From an uncultured Verrucomicrobiales bacterium (lineage in GTDB: Bacteria > Verrucomicrobiota > Verrucomicrobiia > Verrucomicrobiales > DEV007), in NCBI GenBank assembly GCA_938091905.1, contig CALKOM010000166.1, positions 1 to 26,084 on the forward strand: a DNA stretch of 26,084 nt, given 5' to 3'. The translations under genes and the position numbers were made by a program. Below, piece after piece: positions 9,570 through 17,129 of this stretch. The notes beneath the pieces were generated by a model. That model was not told the DNA's origin and searched no databases. It saw only the letters and a list, made by a program, of their open reading frames with translations. Positions within the stretch are counted from its first letter, which is position 1, and every line of letters starts with the position of its first letter.

Positions 9570-10949
9570 ATGAATCTCGACTCAGCTTCTCCCCTTTCTC
9601 GCCGCGCCATGCTCCGCCGCATGAGCGCAGGCTTTGGCGTCGTCGGCATGTCAGGACTGCTCAACTCAGGAGCCATGACGAAAGACCTCCCCGCGCGAGC
9701 CAAGCGCGTCATCTTTCTCTTCATGAATGGCGGCCCCTCACACATCGACACCTTCGATCCCAAGCCCGCCCTCGCCCGTCATGCTGGCGAGCATCCCAAT
9801 GGCAAGTTGTTCAAGCAGAGTTCCGGCAGCGGCTTCATGCCCTCGCCTTTCACTTTCAAAAAGGCAGGCCAGAGTGGCATCGATGTCAGTGAAAGCCTCC
9901 CCCACATGAGCCGCGTCATCGACGACTGCTGCGTCATCCGCTCGATGCACACAAACGTCCCCAATCACGAGCCCGCCTTGCTCATGATGCAATCCGGCCA
10001 CCTCCAGCCCACGCGCCCCTCCATCGGCGCCTGGTCCGTCTACGGACTCGGCCAAGAGAATGAGAATCTACCAGGCTACGTCGTCCTCCGCCCTGGCAAA
10101 CGCATCGTCGTCGGCCCCGCCCTCTGGAGCAGCGGCTTCCTCCCCGCCCAATATCAAGCCAGCACCGTCGCCACCACCGACATGCAAGTAGATCGGTTAG
10201 TCAAAAACATCAAGAACCCCCGCTACGGCTACCGCGAACAACGCGCCCATCTCGACTTGCTCGCCGAGATGAATCGCGAACACCTCAACGTCCGCGACCA
10301 AGATCAGCAACTCGAAGCCCAGATCCAATCCATGGAAACGGCCTATCGCATGCAGATGGAGGCCAGCGACGTCTTCGATGTCAGCAAAGAACCCGAGTCC
10401 ATCCGCAAGATGTATGGCGACTCGTCCTACGCCAACTCCTGCCTACTCGCCCGCCGCCTCGTCGAAAACGGTGTCCGATTCGTCAGCGTCTACTACACCA
10501 AAGACAACAGCACCCAGCCCTGGGACACGCACAGCAATCACAACAAAGGGCACACCAACCTCTGCAACGACGCTGACCAACCCACTGCCGCCCTCATCGA
10601 AGACCTCAAGCTACGCGGACTGTTAGAAGACACCCTCGTCGTCTGGACCGGCGAATTCGGACGCACCCCGTACGCCCAAGGCAAAGACGCCAAAGCCGGT
10701 CGCGACCACCACCACACCGCCTTCACCACCCTCCTCGCCGGCGGCGGCATCCGCGGCGGCCACATCCACGGCGCCTCCGACGAATTCGGCATGAACGCCA
10801 CCAAGGATCCCGTCCACGTCCATGATCTCCACGCCACCATGCTACAACTGCTAGGCCTAGATCACGAGAAGCTCACCTACCGCTACTCCGGCCGCGACTA
10901 CCGCCTAACCGACGTCCACGGTAAAATCGTGCATAACATCATCGCCTAG
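9570..10949 (+). CDS. DUF1501 protein with Tat-like signal (second paralog)
   Basis: LSRRAMLRR..GFG; AKRVIFLFMNGGPSHIDTFDPKP; WTGEFGRTP; GRDHH; HDLHATMLQLLG; YRLTDVHG. Confidence 0.93.
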   Translation: MNLDSASPLSRRAMLRRMSAGFGVVGMSGLLNSGAMTKDLPARAKRVIFLFMNGGPSHIDTFDPKPALARHAGEHPNGKLFKQSSGSGFMPSPFTFKKAGQSGIDVSESLPHMSRVIDDCCVIRSMHTNVPNHEPALLMMQSGHLQPTRPSIGAWSVYGLGQENENLPGYVVLRPGKRIVVGPALWSSGFLPAQYQASTVATTDMQVDRLVKNIKNPRYGYREQRAHLDLLAEMNREHLNVRDQDQQLEAQIQSMETAYRMQMEASDVFDVSKEPESIRKMYGDSSYANSCLLARRLVENGVRFVSVYYTKDNSTQPWDTHSNHNKGHTNLCNDADQPTAALIEDLKLRGLLEDTLVVWTGEFGRTPYAQGKDAKAGRDHHHTAFTTLLAGGGIRGGHIHGASDEFGMNATKDPVHVHDLHATMLQLLGLDHEKLTYRYSGRDYRLTDVHGKIVHNIIA

Positions 10950-10998
10950 CAGAATCTATAGCCGCCAAGAATTGCTATCAGTAACGCAATTCAGTCAA

Positions 10999-11064
10999 TG
11001 TGGCACGGGCGTTCAGCCTCCCGAGATTCGCTAAGCTCTCCCGGATTCGTGTCCATTCGTGGTT
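10999..11064. repeat. Possible degenerate REP-like intergenic repeat remnants
   Basis: TGTGGCACGGGCGTTCAGCC (10999-11018) and ATTCGTGTCCATTCGTGGTT (11045-11064; ATTCGTG twice, 10-bp period) in a convergent intergenic gap. Resemblance to PVC-group intergenic repeats is from recall only. Confidence 0.35.
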
Positions 11065-11147
11065 GGTTTCCCCAGAATAAATACTACTCCAACCTAGGTC
11101 CTGTTAGCTGTTGTTCTTAAACCAAGGAGATTCTGGATACTGGTCCA

Positions 11148-12200
11148 TCAATCGGGGTCGGGCCTTTCCAATGCCTGGTGTTCGGCTTCCGTGTATTCTG
11201 AGTCGCTTCCTGAGGCGGCAGATTCAAGCGTCTCATTCCATCCCAGCTTCCTTGTCCGAAAGAAATACTGCGGAGCGTCAGGCGTCAATTTACCGGGGCA
11301 GGGTATGACATCAGCCACTGGCCAAGTATCTGAAGTCCATCCCGCCACCAGCTGGTCGGTCGTGAAATGGCGACGAGGATAGGGACTTCTGATCAACGGA
11401 ATCTTGCCGAGGGATTCCCAGTGGGCTGAGGTAAGATCGGAATACTGGATCTCAACACCGGGACAATCAGTATCAGCACTCACGATGATCGAGTGGAGTG
11501 GCGAGATCTGATCAAGGCGAATGTTATAATAAACCGTTCTGTCCTTTAGGCCGACAAAGATGAAGCGGGGTGGCGTAGCAGCCTCTCGCTCAAAGTGATC
11601 CGCGATCTTCACGGTCACTGTAGGAAGACCTGCTGTTGGATTCTCCCACATCACTTCCCATGGTTCCATCCTCAAGGAACGTATTCTCTGTCGACGAGTC
11701 TATCTCGGCGAAGCCGATGCTGGCACCATCGACATAGACCTCGCCCCAATCAACGGGATCTCCATCGGGTTCGTAGATCTCAATCGAAAGGGCCATCGGT
11801 TCTCCGGCCTCAATGGTGGTTTCGAAATAAAAGCTAACAAGCAGCTCACCCGGAGGCCATCCGTATCATTGTCGATGGCTAGGTAGTTGCCTTGGTTCTT
11901 GGTATCGATTTCGAATACCAAACGACGCGACTCTGGTTGGACAAAGACGCCTGAACGACGCGACTCCATTTCGGCCAGGGAACCGATCGGTAGATAACCC
12001 CTCAAACTAACGGTTTCCTTAGGCGAGCATTTCCCTGCCGGACTGAAGCTCAATAGCGCTCGAGGAGCTATCTGGTCGTGGTCCATTCGGGCATAAACGT
12101 GTACCCGATCCTTCCAGCTGAATCCTTCAGATCCCGCCATCAAGGTGATTTTTAGGATTAACGACGCCTCGGAGTGAAGAAGCTGTCGATGAGAAGACAT
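11148..12200 (-). pseudogene. Frameshifted Ig-like-domain protein, probably extracellular
   Basis: ORFs 11700-12200 and 11148-11675 share a frame, broken by TAG at 11702-11700. The protein-like middle lies in another frame (TTIEAGEPMALSIEIYEPDGDPVDWGEVYVDGASIGFA) and joins PWEVMWENPTAGLPTVTVKIAD, together matching a bacterial Ig-like pattern. This implies two compensating frameshifts, at about 11865 and 11680. Confidence 0.62.
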
Positions 12201-12217
12201 GCTATCGCTTTGAGAAG

Positions 12218-13564
12218 CTATTTGCCAATACAGAAAGCGCTGAAGATCTCCCCAAGGATCTCTTCCACATCAACCTTACCAACGACTTCTCCAACAGCTT
12301 CCAGGCCTTCTCTGAGATCCAAGGCGACAAACTCGGGAGCCGTGTCGTTCGCCAAGGCATCTCGCGCGGCTTCGCAGCGGGCAAGCGCACGTTGGAGACA
12401 AGCCTGGTGCCGTGCATTGATGGCGACCAGTTGGGTCTGAGCGCTCTCCTCCTGCGAAAGCAAGGACGCCTTTAAAACAGCAATCAGCTCTTCGAGCCCC
12501 GTGCGTTTCTCACAGGAGAAGGCGATCCTCTTAGAATCCGCATGGTCATCATGCAGACCAAGATCGGCCTTGTTCAGTAGGCGAACCCAAGGCACTCCTC
12601 GGTTGTTGGTCGCTTCAAGGCTAGACGCTTGAGCGGGGGCATGACCATCGATCATCTCAATCACCACGTCTGCTTGATCAATGGCCTCTCGCGTGCGCTC
12701 CATGCCGAGCTTCTCAATGTCATCGCTCGACTCGTGCAGGCCGGCCGTATCAATGAGACGAAGGGGAATCCCCTCCAAACTGATGACCTCTTCAATGGTG
12801 TCCCGTGTTGTGCCCGCCGTGTCACTGACAATAGCTCGATCAAAACCTAACAACACATTAAGCAAACTCGATTTCCCGACGTTTGGTTCGCCACAGATAA
12901 CGGCTCGGGCGCCTTCACGAAGAACGCGCCCACGATCGGCACTCGCTAACAACGCCTGAATCCTTGCAATAACACCTTCTATTCGCTGGCCGATGGCGCG
13001 GCCGGTGTCGGGATCGATGTCTTCTTCTGGAAAGTCAATGTAGGCCTCAATGTGAGCCATGATTCCAATGAGATCTTCGCGCAGGCCCTGGGTTTCCTTT
13101 CCAAGATCGCCGCGTAGCTGCTCATTGGCAGCACGCAAAGCAAGCGACGTTTGCGCTTGGATCAAGTCCATCACGGCCTCGGCCTGGGTCAGGTCCATCT
13201 TGCCATTCAAGAAAGCACGCTGAGTAAACTCACCAGGCTCCGCTGGGCGACAGCCTAACTGAAGCAGGCGCTCAAACAACGTGCGGGTGACGAGCACGCC
13301 ACCATGACAACCAAACTCGACCAGATCCTCTCCCGTGTAACTCGCAGGTCCCGCAAAGACCGTGGCCAAACCCGAGTCTAACACCGCGCCATCGGCTTCC
13401 ACAAACTCGCCATAATTCGCGACCCGAGGCGTGGCCTCTACAAGATCCATTCCTCGAAAAAACTGAGCGCCAATCGCCCGCGCCTCGGGCCCAGAAACCC
13501 GCAGGACAGCAATAGCCCCTTCGCCAAGAGCCGTGGACACGGCCGCGATCGTGTCGTCGATCAT
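12218..13564 (-). CDS. mnmE: tRNA modification GTPase MnmE (TrmE)
   Basis: DTIAAVST..GAIAVLRVSG; GEFTQRAFLNGKMDL; GEPNVGKSS; GTTRD; DTAG; NKAD; terminal FCIGK. Confidence 0.98.
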   Translation of the reverse strand: MIDDTIAAVSTALGEGAIAVLRVSGPEARAIGAQFFRGMDLVEATPRVANYGEFVEADGAVLDSGLATVFAGPASYTGEDLVEFGCHGGVLVTRTLFERLLQLGCRPAEPGEFTQRAFLNGKMDLTQAEAVMDLIQAQTSLALRAANEQLRGDLGKETQGLREDLIGIMAHIEAYIDFPEEDIDPDTGRAIGQRIEGVIARIQALLASADRGRVLREGARAVICGEPNVGKSSLLNVLLGFDRAIVSDTAGTTRDTIEEVISLEGIPLRLIDTAGLHESSDDIEKLGMERTREAIDQADVVIEMIDGHAPAQASSLEATNNRGVPWVRLLNKADLGLHDDHADSKRIAFSCEKRTGLEELIAVLKASLLSQEESAQTQLVAINARHQACLQRALARCEAARDALANDTAPEFVALDLREGLEAVGEVVGKVDVEEILGEIFSAFCIGK

Positions 13565-13568
13565 CGCA

Positions 13569-14678
13569 CTAGCTCACCGGATGATCAGCGAGCCACGTCT
13601 TCAGTTCAGAAACGAAACGCTCATTCTCAGCTGGTGTCCCCACAGACACACGCACCCATTCTGGTAACTTGTAACCGCGCATCGCTCGGATGATGACACC
13701 GCGCTTCATGAGATCGGCGAAGAGAGCATCGCCATCACCCACTCGGACCAAGACAAAGTTGGCATGACTGGGCACAAACTCAAGGCCGAGTTCCTTGAAC
13801 GTTTCCTCAAAGTATTGGAGGCCCACATCATTGTTCGCACAGGTCTTGGCCTGGTGCTCGGTGTCTAGCACACTCGCCAGCGCTCCTACTTGAGCAATGG
13901 CGTTGGCGTTGAAGGGCTGCCGCGTCTTTTGCAGGACCTCGATCAATGAAGCGGGCCCTAATCCGTAGCCAATGCGCAAACTCGCAAGGCCCTGGATCTT
14001 GGAGAACGTGCGCATGATAATGACATTTCGTCCTTCACGCACATACTTCAGCGTGTTGGGAGGCTCTTTGAGAAACTCGTGATAGGCCTCATCGAAGATG
14101 ACGATGACATGATCCGGAACACGCTCCATGAAACGATCAATGGAAGCTTCGTCAACGAGCGTTCCCGTTGGGTTGTTAGGATTTGCGATGAATAGTTGTT
14201 TCGTATCTGGGCGAATGGCGTCTGCCATAGCCTCAAGATCGTGCACGAAGTTTGGATCAGGCACTTCGATCGTTTCCGCTCCAAAGAGCGTGGCCATTAA
14301 CTTGTAGACCACAAACGCATGTTCCGCCGCGATGATTGAGTCACCCGGCTTGAGGAACGCATGACCAATAAACTCAATGATTTCGTTAGAACCATTTCCA
14401 AGAACGACGTTCTCGCGTTCTAAACCGTTCTGCTCAGCGATGGCTTGGCGAAGTTTGTAGCCGCCACCATCTGGATAGAACTGCGCCATGGACAGCGCCT
14501 CAGTCATGGCGGCAACGGCTTTGGGTGACGGCCCCAATGGATTCTCGTTCGAAGCTAGTTTGACGATTTCGTCAGGATTTAATCCGAGATCACGCGCGAC
14601 ATCTTCGATCGGTTTGCCCGGCTCGTAGGCAACGAGATCTCGTAACTGTGGGTTGGCTTGGTCCCAAATGCTGCTCAT
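13569..14678 (-). CDS. hisC: Histidinol-phosphate aminotransferase
   Basis: YEPGKP; KLASNENPLG; GNGSNEII; NPNNPTG; DEAY; RTFSKIQGLASLRIGY (PLP lysine). Confidence 0.96.
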   Translation of the reverse strand: MSSIWDQANPQLRDLVAYEPGKPIEDVARDLGLNPDEIVKLASNENPLGPSPKAVAAMTEALSMAQFYPDGGGYKLRQAIAEQNGLERENVVLGNGSNEIIEFIGHAFLKPGDSIIAAEHAFVVYKLMATLFGAETIEVPDPNFVHDLEAMADAIRPDTKQLFIANPNNPTGTLVDEASIDRFMERVPDHVIVIFDEAYHEFLKEPPNTLKYVREGRNVIIMRTFSKIQGLASLRIGYGLGPASLIEVLQKTRQPFNANAIAQVGALASVLDTEHQAKTCANNDVGLQYFEETFKELGLEFVPSHANFVLVRVGDGDALFADLMKRGVIIRAMRGYKLPEWVRVSVGTPAENERFVSELKTWLADHPVS

Positions 14679-14728
14679 GCCTTTCAGATAAGGGTTCGCA
14701 GGATAGAAATCAAACGAACGCTGAGAGA

Positions 14729-15649
14729 TCAGACAATCTTCAGTACCTCGGAATCCTTGATTCCAAGACTAGCGTAAATCTCACGGGTCGCTGTCGATTG
14801 ATTCAACGTGTAAAAGTGGATGCCATCGACTTCTTCATCGATGAGCTGAGCACATTGCTCCGTCGCGTAGTGAATTCCCACACGTCGCACAGCCTCCTCG
14901 TCATCACCGCAACGCTGGATGGCCTTGAGCAGTTTGGCAGGGTAACGCGCGCCCGCAGCCAGCTCGGCCATCCGTTGCATGCCCTTGGAACTGGTGATGG
15001 GCATCATGCCAGCGATGATCGGAATCTCGATCCCGGCCAGGACACACCGTTCCCGGAAGTCGAGAAAGTCGTGATTATCGAAGAAGAGCTGCGTACAAAT
15101 ATAGTCCGCCCCAGCATCGACTTTCTCTTTGAGGTAGTCCATTTCCAACACCCGATTCGGAGTGCCGGGATGTCCTTCTGGGAAGCCTGCTACGCCGATG
15201 CCAAAGCCGCGCTTAGCCGCGTGGGCCCCTGAGTCGTTGAACTTCTGGATGAATCGCACGAGATCGGCCGCCTGCTGAAAAGCGTCGTCTTCTTTGCGGT
15301 AATTCTGGTGATTTCGGGGCGGATCACCACCCAATGCTAAGATGTTAGAAATACCAGCTTCTGCGTAACGTTCTAGGATTTCCTGGATGTCTCCCTCTTG
15401 ATGACACACGCACGTGAGGTGTGGAATGGGATCCAGGGACGTTTCATTCTTCAGTCGAACGACCAAATCATGCGTCAACTCACGAGTGGAGCCGCCAGCT
15501 CCGTATGTCACACTAACAAAGGACGGCTTGTAAGGCTCTAGCTCAGCAATCGATGCATAAAGAGCTTCCGAGGACTTCGCTGTCTTGGGAGGAAAGAACT
15601 CGAACGAGAAGGTCGTTCGGTAAGCTCCCAGAATGTCGCTGATGTGCAT
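14729..15649 (-). CDS. metF: 5,10-methylenetetrahydrofolate reductase
   Basis: FSFEFFPPK; SVTYGAGGS; HLTC; FPEGHP; TQLFFD; HFYTLN. Confidence 0.97.
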   Translation of the reverse strand: MHISDILGAYRTTFSFEFFPPKTAKSSEALYASIAELEPYKPSFVSVTYGAGGSTRELTHDLVVRLKNETSLDPIPHLTCVCHQEGDIQEILERYAEAGISNILALGGDPPRNHQNYRKEDDAFQQAADLVRFIQKFNDSGAHAAKRGFGIGVAGFPEGHPGTPNRVLEMDYLKEKVDAGADYICTQLFFDNHDFLDFRERCVLAGIEIPIIAGMMPITSSKGMQRMAELAAGARYPAKLLKAIQRCGDDEEAVRRVGIHYATEQCAQLIDEEVDGIHFYTLNQSTATREIYASLGIKDSEVLKIV

Positions 15650-16518
15650 CAGCTCCCCTCCGGAGCAGCCTCTTCAGCCGCGGAGCTTGCTTCTTCTTCC
15701 GCCGGCAGAACCTCCACAGGCTCAATCACAGCAGGCTCAATCACGGCAGGCTCAACCACAGCAGGCTCAACCACAGCAGGCGCAGCGGCTTGGGCTTCTT
15801 CCGGGCTGGTTGGCTTAATGCTCAAGTGTGGCAAGCGCTCCTTGCGCTGAGCCGCAGTACGCTTGTAGACGCTGTTTTCAGCGGCTTTGGTTTCAAGATC
15901 TTCGAAGGCCTGCGTCGCCTGATCAAACCATTCCTGCGCAGCAGATTCATCACTGGCCATCGCGGTCATTCCTTGAGCGGTAAGCGCATCTCCCAAACGC
16001 AGGAGTGCCGTTTGCTCGATAAAACCCGGAGCTTCTCCTGGCACGGCAGCTTCCTGAAGGAGGCTCACGGCCTTGTCCAGGTTGCCGTCCACATGCTCTC
16101 GAAGGCCGAGATCCGACACGCCCTTCAAGTAGAGAGGGTGGCCTTTCCGCGCACTGTAAAACTCCTCAAGAACCTCTCGACTTTCGTCCGCCTTGTCCTC
16201 CTCCATGAGTTTCGCGGCAATGAGGAGTTCGGCAGAACCCGCAACCACGCTATTGGGGAATTCACTAATGACGCCTCGCAGCTCTTCAACAGTCTCCGCA
16301 CCGGTCAGTGCCGCTGCGGCAGTACTCTTCCCAGATTCACTCTTAAAGGAAGCGAGCATGTAGACGATGATAGCGAGAAGCACCGCTCCAATGCCCAATA
16401 TCAACTTGTTCTTATTTTCCTCTACGAAATCCTCAATCGCCGAGTTGTCGTGATCAATCGTTGCGACGGGGACTTCAGAAGTAGAGGCAGCTGGTGCTGG
16501 ATCGGGTTCGTTGGCCAT
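15649..16518 (-). CDS. YfgM-like / TPR-like single-pass membrane protein
   Basis: One N-terminal TM (LILGIGAVLLAIIVYML), helical TPR-like repeats, acidic PAVVE-repeat tail. TGATG overlap with the metF start. Start placed at ATG 16518 (MANEPD); the ORF track gives 16584. Confidence 0.72.
   Translation of the reverse strand: MANEPDPAPAASTSEVPVATIDHDNSAIEDFVEENKNKLILGIGAVLLAIIVYMLASFKSESGKSTAAAALTGAETVEELRGVISEFPNSVVAGSAELLIAAKLMEEDKADESREVLEEFYSARKGHPLYLKGVSDLGLREHVDGNLDKAVSLLQEAAVPGEAPGFIEQTALLRLGDALTAQGMTAMASDESAAQEWFDQATQAFEDLETKAAENSVYKRTAAQRKERLPHLSIKPTSPEEAQAAAPAVVEPAVVEPAVIEPAVIEPVEVLPAEEEASSAAEEAAPEGS
15717..15780. repeat. 15-bp coding tandem repeat, 4 copies
   Basis: CAGGCTCAAYCACRG x4, encoding PAVVE PAVVE PAVIE PAVIE on the minus strand. 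Confidence 0.92.
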
Positions 16519-16707
16519 GGGTAAAGTGTGTCTGAGAAGGGAAAGTCTGTCCTCATGCCCGATCACCGAGCGCAAGGGAGGCATCTATTAGCTTAGTGGC
16601 CAGAGGCCTGCAACCAGATTCCGAATCCCTCCCGTTCGGCTCAAATAAACGCAAATTTCTATCATCCCTGACCTGGCCATCTGCGGGAGTGTGCTTTAGG
16701 AGCCTTC

Positions 16708-16998
16708 ATGGCCAGCCTTTTATCAAATGAAGAGCTCGATCAGGCATTTAGAGCGGTACCCAATTGGAAATACGATGCCGCAGCGAAGCGACTAGTTCGC
16801 GCTACCAAACGCCAATCGTTCTTGGATGGGATCGATCTAGTGCGTGACATTGCAGAGTTGGCCGAGGATCTACAGCACCATCCAGATATCAATATTCGAT
16901 GGACCACCATCACGTTCAGCCTGACAACCCACAGCGCTGGGGGCCTGACGCTCAAAGACTTCAAACTAGCGAAAGAGATCGATGACCTGCTCGACTAG
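16708..16998 (+). CDS. phhB: Pterin-4a-carbinolamine dehydratase (PCD/PhhB family)
   Basis: AELAEDLQHHPDINIRW..LTTHSAGGLTLKDFKLA; SD AGGAG upstream. Confidence 0.93.
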   Translation: MASLLSNEELDQAFRAVPNWKYDAAAKRLVRATKRQSFLDGIDLVRDIAELAEDLQHHPDINIRWTTITFSLTTHSAGGLTLKDFKLAKEIDDLLD

Positions 16999-17023
16999 CA
17001 GGCCTAGAGGCCTCACAAACGGG

Positions 17024-17051
17024 TTGCCTCATAAAGAGGATCTATTACCAT
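17024..17051 (+). promoter_or_regulatory. Candidate sigma70 promoter for the 1003-aa gene
   Basis: TTGCCT, 16-nt spacer, TACCAT; a TATAAT follows a few nt later. Confidence 0.3.
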
Positions 17052-17129
17052 AGAGCTATAATTTCGAGAACTATCGCTTTAGCCCGAGGTTTGCAGTAAC
17101 CCTGCGACGATTAAGGGCTACCTCCACTC

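Noticed and set aside
14648..16524. Long plus-strand ORFs (194 and 244 aa)
   Set aside because: Antisense shadows of metF and the YfgM-like gene.
16519..16707. SAM or other riboswitch upstream of the metF operon
   Set aside because: No recognisable SAM-I or SAM-II core by eye. An Rfam scan would be decisive.
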